Source: Basidiobolus meristosporus CBS 931.73
Lineage: Eukaryota > Fungi > Basidiobolomycota
DNA length: 64,000 nucleotides
Direction: 5' to 3'
Assembly (NCBI GenBank): GCA_002104905.1
Contig: MCFE01000195.1
Location: 62,001-126,000 of the forward strand
The notes under the pieces are model-generated. The model did no database searches. It worked only from the letters and a program-made list of their open reading frames with translations, and had not been told where the DNA came from. Positions within the stretch are counted from its first letter, which is position 1. The number at the start of each line of letters is the position of its first letter. Of the stretch, positions 13,523 through 26,080 are shown piece after piece. A program made the translations under genes and the position numbers.

Positions 13523-14462
13523 TATACAAGATCAATATTAGACCAGTACTTCTCTGCTAATATTTCTGCCACTCTTAACAATTCTAAGATTTTGCACTTG
13601 GTTGTCACTTGGGCTCAGTTATCCCATTTAAGAGTTTATTACACTTTTTTCTTGGATACAACAGTATCCATACAGTTAGGCTGCTTGGCATCTTGATGCT
13701 AAAGGTATAGGTATATCCATAGGCACATCTGCGCACCATATTTTGCAACTCTTCCTTGCTGTCCTCCATATGCCAACTCATCACATCCATGATGGGCTTG
13801 AAGGTAATGCCATTGATGGGATTGGATATGGCAATACAAGCACCTTAACTTATCTTTCTATCTCCCCTAACATATATACTGTAGGAGACTTCCAAAAGGT
13901 GGAGCAAGGTCCAATATTCCCTACACACCAAGCAGGGAGGAGAAGAGAAAGGACACAGTTGCAATAGAGATCTATACCACCAGATCTATGTCTGAAGTGT
14001 AGCTGCTCTAATCCCATTAAGACACCCCTGGAATGAATGCCATTGATATGCTAAATTGTTATAGATGATCCTCTTGTTGAGATATATTTCTACAATGCCA
14101 GCATATGACTGCAAATGCTTCAAACATATTCTGGGTAGATATTATATCCAAAGGCCACCATAGTAAATACATATCCACTTAATCTTGTCCTTTTGGTTGC
14201 TTTGTTGCCCATGCAAATGAATGTTGATTCAAGTTTGTGAGAAGTGTTTTTGGTAGTGGATACTCTGCAGTATCTTGCCTATACTTGTATACTTCTATGG
14301 TTTCTGAAGGGGCACATTTAGCTTGAAAAACCCTAGGTACAATTTGGTCATTGATATTGGATATTGCCCTATGAAGAATAATCTGGTCCTGCATTGGGAT
14401 CCAATACAGATCAGCCGTCAGGATCCCACAAGGAGGCCATGCTAATGCCAGCAGCTTGGAAT
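13523..14462 (-). pseudogene. CMC/EnSpm-like transposase relic (copy T1)
   Basis: 13690-13790 resembles 20640-20730 and 14310-14400 resembles 20910-20990 of the T2 transposase. Confidence 0.6.
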
Positions 14463-14840
14463 TGTTACAAGTCTTGGTATAAGAGTTGTAGAGGAATAGG
14501 GAGTTTAGCTAGTATTGTATTCACTAAAACTTGAACTGATTTTTATTGAGGTTCCAGCAGCTCCTTATATACATTTTGCCAGATCAATTGCTGACTAATT
14601 GTATTTCCTAATGTAGGTTGTGGCTGATGACTCATTTGATTGCATCATCATCACCCAATAAGATCCTACTTAATATATCTATTTCTGTCTGATAAGGATC
14701 TGCTGATTCATTTGCTGACTAATGCTACTGATTTCATAGATAATACTGATGTACTGATAACCTAAACATATACTAACTGATTTGACTAAAAACTGATCTA
14801 ACTTAAACATTCAAGCGGCAGATCATAACATTCTCCCCTA

Positions 14841-17800
14841 CTAAAGTTGAGAGGGTTCTCCTGAATCTCTTTTCTTGTGATACCAATATCTTGATGGTTC
14901 AGTATTATCAGCAAGTCTTGCAAGCTTGAGTCTGTCCCTATGCACTAAGTCTTCCCGGATATTGCCTTGTTTGTCCACCAGTTGGTAAGTTGCAAATGGA
15001 CATTCTCTGATGATCTTGAATGGTCCTGTCCATTGTGGCTCAAACTTCTTCCGAGTGTTGTTTCTTAGCAATACAAAGTTCCCAACTGTCAATGCTTCTG
15101 GTGCTATAGTCTTATCAAATCTCTGCTTCATCTTTTCTGCACTTTGAGATACTTTGGTCTGTGCCTCTTGACGTCTTTGTTCCAGTTGCTGGTGTCTACT
15201 TGGCTGACTGAGTTCATCTTCTAAGGTGTCTGTAAGCTTTGGTTGTGTGAGATCTCCTGGAATCCTTGGTTCACATCCATAAACTAAGTAAAATGGTGAT
15301 TGCTGGGTGGTGTTGTGTACTCTGACTCTGCATGCAAAGAGTGCTTGGTCTATATACTCATCCCATCTACTGACAACTCCATTTGCATACTTGGTCAGCA
15401 TTTTTCCAAATAATCCATTAAACCGCTCAGTGACTCCATTAGTTCTGGGGTGATATGCCGAGGTTTTCAAGTGTCTGATCTGCTGCATTTCCAGGTAAGC
15501 CTCTAATGTCTTTGCCATAAAGTTTGCACCTCTATCGGATAAGATCTCCACAGGGCATCCAAACTTCATCAGGATCTCATGGTAAATGAAACTTGCAACT
15601 TCTTGTTCACTGGCTATTGGTACAGCTTTAGCAACTGGCCATTTAGTGGCATGGTCAATTGCTACTAGGATCCAACGGTTGCATTTCCTGGTAGTTGGCA
15701 GTCTTCCAATAAAGTCAATTCCCCATCTCTCAAATGGTCTTACAGGCTCCAAAGGGAAGAGTTCGGCAATTCTTTGTGGCTGGCCTTGATTGATTTGGCA
15801 GTTTGGGCATGTTTTTACTAGCTTCTCAATGTCTTGTTTCATTCTGGGCCACCATGCTCTGGCTTTTACAAGGCTATAGGTTCCTTCAATCCCAAGATGT
15901 CCATATCCATTGTGTAGCTTATGTATTAAATCCAGGCGAGCAACATAAGGACAATAGGCAATAGGGCTTCCATCAACAATTCGGTAGAGTGTTTCATTCT
16001 GTACAACAAATTTGCTGGCCTCATCACGGATTATCTTCTTGATATCTTCATCCACCTCATTAGGAATGGCTTGGTCCTCCAAGTACTTTGGTAATAGGCT
16101 AGGCCAATCTGATTCATGCACCAAGTTGAGTTGTGCAACTTGATCTAATCTTGATAAGGCATCAGCAACCGTGTTGTTTTTTCCAGGACAGTAGACAATC
16201 TCCAGGTCAAATTGCTGAATGTATTCACTCCATCTTGTCATTCTTCTAGAGAGTACCTTCTGAGTAAATATATACTTGAGGGAGGCATGATCAGTCTTCA
16301 CAGTGCATTTGACTCCTTCAATATAGCATCTCCATGTCTTCAAACAGTGTATTATAGCAAGCATCTCCTTCTCATGAACTGGATAGTTTTGTTCTGCTGA
16401 GTTCAGTTTCTTGGATTCAAAGGCAACAGGGTAGTCCTTTCCCTCGTGTTCTTGGCTCAGCACTCCACCAATTGCATAATCTGAAGCATCTGTGCACAGA
16501 GTGAACTCTTTTCTGAAGTCTGGTATTCTTAAGCTTGGCAGCTTAGCAAGTTCATTCTTTAGTGTCTGGAAGGCAGTCTCACAAGCTATGTCCCACTTGT
16601 AGGTATTGTCTTTCTTGAGGATATCAGTTAAAGGGGCTGCAATACTTGCAAATGACTTGACAAATCTCCGATAATAGGAAACCATTCCAAGGAAGGATCT
16701 GAGTTCTGATATGCTATGGGGCTGCTTCAAATTCTTGATTACTTCCACCTTCTTGGGGTCTAAGGTTACTCCTGTGCTAGTCACTATGTGTCCCAGATAT
16801 TCTACGTGTTCCTTGAAGAATTCACACTTGGCTAGCTTGCCGTATAGCTTGTTCTCTCTTAGTTTCTTCAAGACCTTTTCAATGTGCACCATGTGATCCT
16901 TTTCTGTCTTGCTGTATATCAATATGTCATCCAGGTAGATTATCACAAACTTGTCTAAGTACTCCTGAAAGACAGTCTGCATCAGCGTCATGAATGTTGC
17001 AGGGGCATTAGTGAGGCCAAAACTCATGACTAAGTACTCGTAATGTCCATATCTGGTCCTGAATGCTGTCTTAGGGATATCTTCTGGTTTCACCCTAATC
17101 TGGTTGTATCCTGACATGAGGTCGATCTTGCTGAAAATAGTGGCTCCATTAAGTTGGTCCAAAAGCTCATCAATCCGAGGTATGGGGTACTTATTCTTGA
17201 CGGTAACTGAGTTCAGGGCTCTGTAGTCAATGCACATCCTAAGTGTTCCATCCTTCTTTTTCACAAAAAGCACTGGTGCTCCCCAAGGTGACTTGCTGGG
17301 CCTGATGTATCCTTGCTCCAATAGCTGATCAATTTGTTTCTTCATTTCCTCCAATTCCAATGGACTCATTCTGTAAGGTGTCTTGCTCACTGGAGGGCTA
17401 TCTCCTGTGTCAATGGCATGATCCACATCTCTGACTGGTGGTAGGCTTACAAGCTCATCTGGAAACACGTCTGAATATTTCTTCAAGAGAGTCTGGACCT
17501 GCTGGGGTGCTGGGATAGAGGAATCCTCCTGTAATACCGCCATGAGGAACATCTGGGTACCTTTTCTAAGTGCTCTACAGAACTGGGTCTTGCTAAGTTC
17601 ACTTGTCTCACACACACTGGAATTGACCAAGTTGAAATCCAGCCTGGCAGGTAATAGCTCATAGGTCTTGTTGTCTTTTTGGATCTGAGTAGCATGGGTT
17701 CTCCAGTTGATTGATGGATTACGACAAAATAGCCAGGTTTTCCCAAGTACAAGGTCAAACTTGCAGTTCCCAAATATATAAGCCTGTAGGTCTTCTTCAT

Positions 17801-18974
17801 AGTCATTGATCTTCATTCTTACTGGCTGGGTAATACGGTTGATTATGTGGGAGTTCCCATCAGCTGTGGAGACTGAAGTTGATTTGGTAGGTTCCGAGTT
17901 GATTCCAGCTTTCAAAGCAAATTGCTCTGACATGTACTCATGCGATGCTCCTGAGTCAATCATGATCTTGGCAGGTACTCCATTGATTGCTCCATTCAGG
18001 TACAATAACTTCCCTGAGTTTGAAGTCATTTGGGACAAGTACTCTTCTGTCATATGGAAGGTGAGTTCCGAGTCTTCTTCAAGCTCATCTTCCTCATTAT
18101 TGTGTTCATGGGACTCAATATGGTTGAAGGTTCTTGTTGGCTGGTGTCCATTTCTTCTCTGAGGGCAGTACTTTGCAATATGTCCCTGCTGGTGGCAATT
18201 GAAGCAAAGTCCTCTCTTCTTGCATTCTTCTGAGGAGGGATTCTTCTGCATAGCGTCTATTTCCATTGGTACTGCTTCTGATTGTCTTCTTTCATAATGA
18301 TTATAGCCTTTCTGACTAGTCACTGTAGGCTTCCCAACTCCAAACATAGCTGAGTCATAGTCAATGGCAATCTTGATGGCTTCTTCAATAGTCTGAGGTC
18401 TTCGGTAATTGACTTCCTTGCGAGTTCTTTCTTTCAACCCATCAATAAAGTATTCAACTTGATCCAAGGGGTCCATTCTTTCAATTTGTCCAAGTAGACA
18501 TCTGTACTCATAGATGTATTCTTGCACCATTCCTTTCTGTCTGAGTGTCTTTAACTTCCTTCTTAGTAGTGTCTGCTGGTGTGGAGGTTCAAAAGCATCC
18601 TGAATTTCCGACACAAACTCATCCCAGGTAGAGATTGTAGAGCATCCCATCATAGTAGCTGACCTGATCTTGTTGTGGTACCACTGTAAAGCTGCATCTG
18701 CCAGGTAAGAAGCTGCATAATGCAACTTGCTCTCTGGAGCAATTCCTTTAGCTTTAAAAGCTTCTTCAATCTGAAAGAGCCAAGTTCCCAGGTTTTCATT
18801 GACTCTGCCATGGTACCGGTTGACCTTCACACTAAAGTTGCTCTTGACAGGGCTTTGCTGGCTCTGAGCCATGGTAGTCATTCCTTGTTGCTGTTGGCTG
18901 AGGATCTGGAGTAGCTGTTGCTGTTGGGCCAGGATTTGCTGCATGGCATTCTTCCATTCTTGATTGTCCGACAT
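14841..18974 (-). CDS. gag-pol: Single-ORF Gag-Pol polyprotein, 1377 aa
   Basis: Capsid [23 protein letters not shown] knuckle, protease IDSGA, RT YLDD, RNase H TDASD, integrase HHCC plus GIDF/SDRG/ERFN, and GPF motif. No chromodomain. Confidence 0.97.
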   Translation of the reverse strand: MSDNQEWKNAMQQILAQQQQLLQILSQQQQGMTTMAQSQQSPVKSNFSVKVNRYHGRVNENLGTWLFQIEEAFKAKGIAPESKLHYAASYLADAALQWYHNKIRSATMMGCSTISTWDEFVSEIQDAFEPPHQQTLLRRKLKTLRQKGMVQEYIYEYRCLLGQIERMDPLDQVEYFIDGLKERTRKEVNYRRPQTIEEAIKIAIDYDSAMFGVGKPTVTSQKGYNHYERRQSEAVPMEIDAMQKNPSSEECKKRGLCFNCHQQGHIAKYCPQRRNGHQPTRTFNHIESHEHNNEEDELEEDSELTFHMTEEYLSQMTSNSGKLLYLNGAINGVPAKIMIDSGASHEYMSEQFALKAGINSEPTKSTSVSTADGNSHIINRITQPVRMKINDYEEDLQAYIFGNCKFDLVLGKTWLFCRNPSINWRTHATQIQKDNKTYELLPARLDFNLVNSSVCETSELSKTQFCRALRKGTQMFLMAVLQEDSSIPAPQQVQTLLKKYSDVFPDELVSLPPVRDVDHAIDTGDSPPVSKTPYRMSPLELEEMKKQIDQLLEQGYIRPSKSPWGAPVLFVKKKDGTLRMCIDYRALNSVTVKNKYPIPRIDELLDQLNGATIFSKIDLMSGYNQIRVKPEDIPKTAFRTRYGHYEYLVMSFGLTNAPATFMTLMQTVFQEYLDKFVIIYLDDILIYSKTEKDHMVHIEKVLKKLRENKLYGKLAKCEFFKEHVEYLGHIVTSTGVTLDPKKVEVIKNLKQPHSISELRSFLGMVSYYRRFVKSFASIAAPLTDILKKDNTYKWDIACETAFQTLKNELAKLPSLRIPDFRKEFTLCTDASDYAIGGVLSQEHEGKDYPVAFESKKLNSAEQNYPVHEKEMLAIIHCLKTWRCYIEGVKCTVKTDHASLKYIFTQKVLSRRMTRWSEYIQQFDLEIVYCPGKNNTVADALSRLDQVAQLNLVHESDWPSLLPKYLEDQAIPNEVDEDIKKIIRDEASKFVVQNETLYRIVDGSPIAYCPYVARLDLIHKLHNGYGHLGIEGTYSLVKARAWWPRMKQDIEKLVKTCPNCQINQGQPQRIAELFPLEPVRPFERWGIDFIGRLPTTRKCNRWILVAIDHATKWPVAKAVPIASEQEVASFIYHEILMKFGCPVEILSDRGANFMAKTLEAYLEMQQIRHLKTSAYHPRTNGVTERFNGLFGKMLTKYANGVVSRWDEYIDQALFACRVRVHNTTQQSPFYLVYGCEPRIPGDLTQPKLTDTLEDELSQPSRHQQLEQRRQEAQTKVSQSAEKMKQRFDKTIAPEALTVGNFVLLRNNTRKKFEPQWTGPFKIIRECPFATYQLVDKQGNIREDLVHRDRLKLARLADNTEPSRYWYHKKRDSGEPSQL

Positions 18975-19020
18975 CTTGAGGGTGGTTTCTTCTTTCTTCA
19001 GGAGGGAGGTTTCTGGTTAT

Positions 19021-19032
19021 CGCTGCTACCAA
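19021..19032 (-). promoter_or_regulatory. G1 primer-binding site (tRNA 3' end)
   Basis: TTGGTAGCAGCG is complementary to ...CGCUGCUACCA. Same site at 47454-47465 (-) and 31504 (+). Confidence 0.9.
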
Positions 19033-19400
19033 TGTTACAAGTCTTGGTATAAGAGTTGTAGAGGAATAGGGAGTTTAGCTAGTATTGTATTCACTAAAAC
19101 TTGAACTGATTTTTATTGAGGTTCCAGCAGCTCCTTATATACATTTTGCCAGATCAATTGCTGACTAATTGTATTTCCTAATGTAGGTTGTGGCTGATGA
19201 CTCATTTGATTGCATCATCATCACCCAATAAGATCCTACTTAATATATCTATTTCTGTCTGATAAGGATCTGCTGATTCATTTGCTGACTAATGCTACTG
19301 ATTTCATAGATAATACTGATGTACTGATAACCTAAACATATACTAACTGATTTGACTAAAAACTGATCTAACTTAAACATTCAAGCGGCAGATCATAACA

Positions 19401-20040
19401 GAATTAATAACTCTCTACACAATTGTATGACAGGATTCTACCAGTTTTCTGCTGACTTCACGGCCAAATAAAGTAAAAAACTTAATGGTGTTTAAGTGGT
19501 CTTTTGCCAACAGTTGCATAGCATTGTAACAGTCTTCATGTGCTCTACATTTATTTGAACTGATCCTGCTGACCAATACATCCAATTATCTTATATGGCA
19601 AGAAGCTTCAAAGTGTTCTGACAGCCTCCTTGCAAGCCCCCAATGGCATTATAATGGCAGTACAGGGGCCTAGAGCTAGTTCTGCATAGTGCTTCTGTAC
19701 CAATTTACCAGATAGTATTTCCTTTTCTGACCTCCCCTTGTGCCATTCCTATATCCATAGTAGAAGCACCCCTCCCTCTATACCTTGAGTATTCCACACA
19801 TAGTTCAGATCAAAATAAACTATGGCCACCTGCTGACAAACTTCCACATATATGCACACCCACTGCAATTGACACACTTCTATCACCTCAACTTAAGGCT
19901 TTTAGTGTGTCACTTGCAAAGTCACCATATACCTTGTATTGTGGCTAACATATGCATCTTGCAAGAATATGCTTGGCTGGTGCCACTCTTGCCATGAATA
20001 CCTCCAGATAATCCTCAAAGAGCTTTTAGTATTTAGCCAC
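19401..20040 (-). pseudogene. Possible upstream part of the T1 transposase relic
   Basis: Contiguous with 13523-14462 before G1 insertion. Only weak translated hints (CVNCSGCAY, FIWP). Confidence 0.3.
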
Positions 20041-20096
20041 TTTATTCCTTCTCCCTGCTGGATTCTAGTACCCTTATAGGTGCAATCTGACTCTTG

Positions 20097-20464
20097 TGTT
20101 ACAAGTCTTGGTATAAGAGTTGTAAAGGAATAGGGAGTTTAGCTAGTATTGTATTCACTAAAACTTGAACTGATTTTTATTGAGGTTCCAGCAGCTCCTT
20201 ATATACATTTTGCCAGATCAATTGCTGACTAATTGTATTTCCTAATGTAGGTTGTGGCTGATGACTCATTTGATTGCTTCATCATCACCCAATAAGATCC
20301 TACTTAATATATCTATTTCTGTCTGATAAGGATCTGCTGATTCATTTGCTGACTAATGCTACTGATTTCATAGATAATACTGATATACTGATAACCTAAA
20401 CATATACTAATTGATATGACTAAAAACTGATCTAACTTAAACATTCAAGCAGCCAATCATAACA
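20097..20464 (-). mobile_element. Solo LTR of the G1 gypsy family
   Basis: 368 bp, 8 mismatches to the G1 LTR by eye, 4-bp TSD CTTG on both sides. Confidence 0.96.
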
Positions 20465-20599
20465 CTTGTATGTGTGAGTTTGGTACTGAACAGTGTAGAA
20501 GCTGTCTGGTGACCAAGAGAAACCCTGCATTCTTGCTAAATCTGTCCTAATAAAGATTACTTGCTTGTGTCACCCAACCCAACATGCATTACTCAACTC

Positions 20600-22050
20600 A
20601 TTACCCATGCAATGCAGCTGCTTAGCTTCTTAATGCCATAAGCATAGATGTCTTCATGTGCACATCTGTTCTCTCTATTTTGCAACTCTTCCTGGCTGTC
20701 TGCCATGTGTCAACACATCACATCCATCCGTTGGTAGAAACAGCTATGGAAGTCCACTAGAATAACTACATGTCCAATTCACCTAGTTGTTGCATTTGTA
20801 TAGTCGCATATGCATATGAATGTTGATTGGATCCCATGAGAAGTACTCTGGGTAGCCAATACTCTGTATTATCTTGTCAGTTCTTGCAAATCTCTCCAGT
20901 ATCTCAAAGGGCACATTTAGCTTGAAATGGCCCATGTACAACTTGGTCATCAGTACAGGGATATTGATGAAAAGCAAATGCATTGCTCCTAGTGGAAAGC
21001 TTTTGCTCCAACAGATACCCTCTATTGTCAGTACCTCTGGTTTCCAATTAATTCCAAATTTCAGCCAATGGCTGATAGCCTACCAACTTTGCTGCAATTG
21101 CATGGTGACTTCTGTATGACATCACTGCAGGAAAATGATGTTTCTGATGTGGATGTTTGGGTAATAATAATTTTTGTGAGTTAAGGAGTAAATCCCCAAG
21201 ATCTCAAAGATTTGACAGTAATACTATCCAATGTGCCCAGAAAAGCTAGCTAATTTGCTGATGGCTGGGATATATCCAACACAGATCATAGGATGCACTT
21301 TGATATGATGGGCATTTGGTAGTATCCTCCCGAAAAGCATACAAAGTTCATCCAGCTAAGGATACAGGTAGCTATCCAGGTTGGAGGGTGATATAGGCCC
21401 ATACACCAACAAGACTACCATCAAATTTCTGCTCTGAAACTGCAAGATAAGCAGCAGTTTGAGACTGATGAGAATCAGTGGCCAGCAAGATTTGCTGGTA
21501 GAGTACTTGTTTCATGAGAGTACATCAGGTGCCAAGGCTAAGGCAAGGTCATACATACCTTCAAAGTAGCCCCTGCTTCTTAGTTGCTTGAAATGTCTGC
21601 CATCAATTATATTCAAAATGCTTGCACTTAACTTATACTGATTGCAGTACTTTATAGCTTCACAATATTTGTTGCACTGCATGTACTTCTTAAGACATGG
21701 TATTACTTGAATATATCTGGAGTGTGAACAATACTTTTCTCCAATGGTTGCGGATTCCTGATAAGCTAGACACCTTGCAATGGTGGCACTTTCTGATGTA
21801 AATGCCATGTAACTGTTAACACATGCTGGTATCAGGACAGTCTTGGTGTTGTATGCTGCCAGGCACATGACAGTTGCCCATGTGTACCATGTACATGATT
21901 GGTCAAATCCCATATTGATTTTGGCAAGAAGTAGTGGTAAATTCTCAAAGTCCCCATTACTGATATTAGTTGAAACATACCACCTCTCTAGCCACAACTT
22001 CACATCATTCACCAGTAAATGGATTACTGAGCTTACTTGACTCCATAAAG
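20600..22050 (-). pseudogene. CMC/EnSpm (CACTA-like, Transposase_21/tnp2-type) transposase relic, copy T2
   Basis: ORF 21512-22012 has IIDGRHFKQLRSRGYFEGMYDLALAL. Downstream broken frames read WPLILI..., GP..PSNLDSYLYP.LDEL, GYIPAISKLASFSGH and MHLLFINI, the usual motif series of this family. Confidence 0.75.
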
Positions 22051-22779
22051 CATCCTCTGCATTTGTTCAATGGGTGTTGTCTCATTGCATATTGGGACTT
22101 GACCAGGCTCATGCATGGTACTGATGTTAGGGGAGATAGGCTCACAATCCATCAGTGGGCCTTCATTTTCAGAGCTATTACTCTGCATGCCATATTCAGA
22201 AGGCTAAGGTGAGCCCAAAGTTATCACAAGCCTACCTGACTCAGTTTGCGCCAGGTGACAAGTGCAATCAGGTGCAGTTATAAAAGTATCAAGTGGCTGG
22301 CAAGATATTGTTGATACAGTAGTGCCAGATGAATGGTCAAATATGACTTGTGTGGCAAAACACTGGCCACAATCCTTGCAATACTTCCTATGCTGCCTGC
22401 ATGGTTCATTGCTTAGATGCTTGTTACAAAAGCCACATGGTCATGTTTCTCTTCTCTTATGTTGTTGAATCAATGTAGTCTTGTCCATGGGGCAAACAGT
22501 TTGACACCCAACAATGTAATGCTATTATACTACTTATTGGTCAGTACTCATGTAAATTTAAGACAGTCTTGTATTTGAGTCCTTGCACCAACTTGAATGT
22601 TCAATTCAATGATGACCCTCCATAGGAGGTATTATAGATAAAGTTGTAGCACCAAATACACATGTATATATAGCTCTATTTCCCTTTGGTTTGACTCACT
22701 TCCATATATATGCTGCCAAGAAATAAAGCAAAGTTGTCTAATTCCTAACCAACCCTCACTTTTGAAAGTAGCAGAGGTG

Positions 22780-24590
22780 TGGTTGAATAACTGCTTGCTC
22801 TGACATTCAGTGCAACTACCACGGCTACATTCAAAAAAGGCCAGCTTGGCAGTGTGCTCACTGTAGGTAATAATGCAGACTCCTGAGGCTCTCAGTCAAG
22901 CAGTCAATTGAAAATCTCTGCAGAGCTGCAGGCTGACCATAGTGTTCAGGCAGATTAGAATGTAGCACAAGCAACACCTTTGGTTGGATACAAGTAAGTG
23001 GCTGCCATACATCATCACCACCCATATTAGCTACTATATTGCCAGCTTATACCAAAGCATTAATGTAGCCATCAGGTGCAGTAGCCCATAGGATAGTATG
23101 TGAAGGCCCTGGGAAATTACAATATAGTCCAGAATCAGGATGAGTGGATAATATGTGTAGAGCAATCAATATCACAGGCAGAGAAGGCAGTATCTTTGCT
23201 GCAAAGAAGAAACCCAAGTAGCTTGGTGTCACAGTCAAGAGTTGAGCCATTTTGTATGTAACAGCAAGGGAACACAGTCTTTGAAGCACACCAACAGTGG
23301 CCAAAGATAAAGCCCACAGAAAAGCCTATCACAGCATGGTAGGGAGAGATTGTAGATTCTATTACAAAGCCTAAAAATCAAAAGACATTGAAGATCTTTA
23401 AGGCTGTAGAGTGCAATGATCAAGAGTGGGCAAATATCTAAGAAGCCATAAGAAGCCTAGCCTGCCATTACCTTAAGGCTGGCATACCTTGAGACCATCA
23501 GTAATTCAAGGCCAAGCCAGATGTGGTTGACTAGTTCCATGAGTATTATCCTAGATTAAAACAAGCAAACAAATCTTGGGCCAGCATTTTGATGCTAAGA
23601 AAGTGTCTCAAGAAGAGCAGAAACTATCAAAGGCACAAGTACAAGGGTGTAGTGGCTAAAATCCAGTGGCTTTCTCAAGAGCCTGTTACAAGGAGGGCCA
23701 AACATACTAACAAGAATCAAAGATGCATCAGGTAGTGAGAAGAGTGCCAAAAAGGGACAGGTAGGCAAACACAGATGGAATATCATATCATTAATCAAGG
23801 AAAAGGTGTTGTTCCATCAAAGAAGCACTTGTTCATTGAAGTACCTGGCAGTGATAGAAGTCAGCAGATTCCTTAGGAGCCTGACAAAACAAGGGCTTAA
23901 AGCTCAAAACAAGCAGCAAGAAAATGTCAGATTGTCAGTAGAGTGCCAGTAAGGGGCATGCCGGCCAAAGCAAACACATCAGAGCAGTATTTATCAAGGA
24001 GAAAACATAGCTCAATACAAGAAGCACTCAGACACATTAGCTGTGAAAGACCCAGCAGTGATAGAGCAATGGTTGTATAGAGAAAGGTCTGCCCAAGCTA
24101 GGGGTAGGGAAGTATAAGTTAAAAGCTTCTGCTCCTGCCAATTAATGACATTAGCCTGGAACAGGTAAAATCCCAACATAGCCAAGAAGAATTACCAATA
24201 AGACAAAAGCTGTTTTCACAAGAGTTGGAAGTGCCATCAGTTGAGCTATACTCCAGTGAGGTAGATGAGTTTGCAGAGAAAGGCAACTTGTCTACCACAA
24301 CCTCCATGTCCTGCATTGTAAATAGGGTATAGATTGTGCCAACAGACATAGGAACAATATCAAGAATTCAAAAGAGTGTCATAATTACTACAGTGGAATT
24401 TTAGAACATTAATAGGCACACCAAAAGGTGCAGCACTTCTTCAAGAGCAGTGCTCAAGAAAATACACTTGAAGATTGCAAGGATCTATTGCAATGACTGA
24501 CAGATGAGGTTCCAGACCTTGTAGTACCAGCTGAAGACCAGGTTGAATGGGGCCCAATGAATGAACAGTGGTATAAAGCTCTAAAACCCA
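22780..24590 (+). pseudogene. Uncharacterised repeated ORF 'R' relic, copy T2 (divergent from the transposase)
   Basis: Collinear with ORF 37272-38111 plus 39298-39820, with 51150-52850, and inverted with 27850-29800. Confidence 0.8.
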
Positions 24591-24599
24591 TGAGAAGTT

Positions 24600-25030
24600 A
24601 TTGTGATGATTCTTTCAAAAGACTGTTATAAACTTAATATCCTGTGACTAAGAGGTATTGTTCCCTTCAGTACACTGTGCAAAGACTGTCAAAAACTAAA
24701 TTATACCACAATTTTGCAGAAAACTTAGTCAAAATTTCTCATTCCAACAATACCAAAGTGGCTTTTGATTGATTCTCTGCCAATTCTCTCACTTTCTGAT
24801 CCTGGTGACTCTATCACCTCCTATATTTGCATGCATTCATTGGCTATTGCCTCTTTTATACACTCTTTGTTTCCTGACTTAGTTGTTTCTCTTACTTTTG
24901 ATGCATACATATGGAGATATTGCTGTTGAAGCTCGAGTTGTACCTCAATTGCCAATTGTACTAGCCTATACAAGTCCCCAATCTGACACTCTACAACACT
25001 ATCTGGCGCTCTAATTTCTATCATTATGCC
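24600..25030 (-). repeat. Segment X, inverted relative to its position in other copies
   Basis: Reverse complement resembles 53418-53700 and 39870-39940. Confidence 0.65.
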
Positions 25031-25105
25031 AGTGGTAGGACACAGTTACTGGTATTTCTATGCAATCTTACTTATCTTGCTCACAATAGTGCATTTCTTG
25101 CTTTT

Positions 25106-26080
25106 TTACTCTGTATAATGCTCCTGACACATTTGTCTCAGTGGATAGCTTCTTATATGAGTATACTGTACATCAATAAGTATCATATATATTTTACATG
25201 TTCTGCTGTGTTGTTCCATATATGATTTTCCTCTGAATTTATCTGTCAATATGCTGGATCTCTTTAGATATCCAAATGTATGCTCCACTCTCACTCTGAA
25301 ATGATTAAGTATCTTGTTGTTGAGCTTCAGCTTCTTGCTTAGTACTCCATTCCTTGGCTTCTTATAAGCTTTGATACATGCTGATCTCTGACAATCCTTT
25401 CCTATATAAGCTAAGTCTGTCATACACTTCTCCCCTCCACAGAATTCTGGATGATTCTCTACCAATTGTGCTTTGTCATTTTGGTCCACAGTACTTGGTG
25501 TAGATCTCCTCTAATGTGTCAAACAGACACTCAGTGTTAGTGATGACATTGCTGAGAACCATTCAGATGAGTGAGTCATATCAAAACTGGTATCTGATTG
25601 GGCAGAGGTGATATGAATTGATTTGGTGCACTCAGCTTAGTTTATCTGATTTTCCATTCATTATAATTAAATTTCATTCATTTGCCATTTATGCCATCAT
25701 TATGACACGTGTATCATCCCTAAACAATGGCTTGGTGACGGTGTTGATGAATTACTCACAGGTCTATGATCAAATTGGAAATCTGCAATTGATGTGATGT
25801 GATTCATGTCAATACAATCTTAGACGCTTCATCCATAATATATGGAAAATTCAACAAACACTTTAATATTAATATATATATCATATAAGACCAGGTTGAT
25901 GCCAGTATACCACTGTGAAAGTATCCAAATCTATAACTATGGTCCCTATACCATGCATCAACTCATCTCTAATACAGCACAGACAAAACCCATCCACTAG
26001 CTCACAAGCATGGTCCAAACCAGTAAAGTAATATTGGATCTGTTTGAGCACTTGCCAAATGTGTTTAGCATGGCCCAAGT
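25106..26080 (-). pseudogene. PIF/Harbinger/ISL2EU-type DDE transposase relic (DDE_Tnp_4-like)
   Basis: ORF 25106-25489: DLAYIG...YKKPRNGVLS..LNNKILNHFRVRVEHTFGYLKR. Upstream fragment 25881-26078 has VDG and HG.G.IV.D motifs. No TIR or TSD found. Confidence 0.7.

Larger units (their letters stand above)
14463..19400 (-). mobile_element. Intact young Ty3/gypsy LTR retrotransposon G1
   Basis: Two 368-bp LTRs (14463-14830, 19033-19400) with no mismatch seen. 4-bp TSD GAAT. PBS TTGGTAGCAGCG (19021-19032). PPT GGGGAGAA (14831-14838). Confidence 0.98.

Noticed and set aside
15586-19032. Antisense and alternate-frame ORFs over G1 (and the same ones over G2)
   Set aside because: Short shadows of gag-pol, repeated only because the element is duplicated. 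No motifs.
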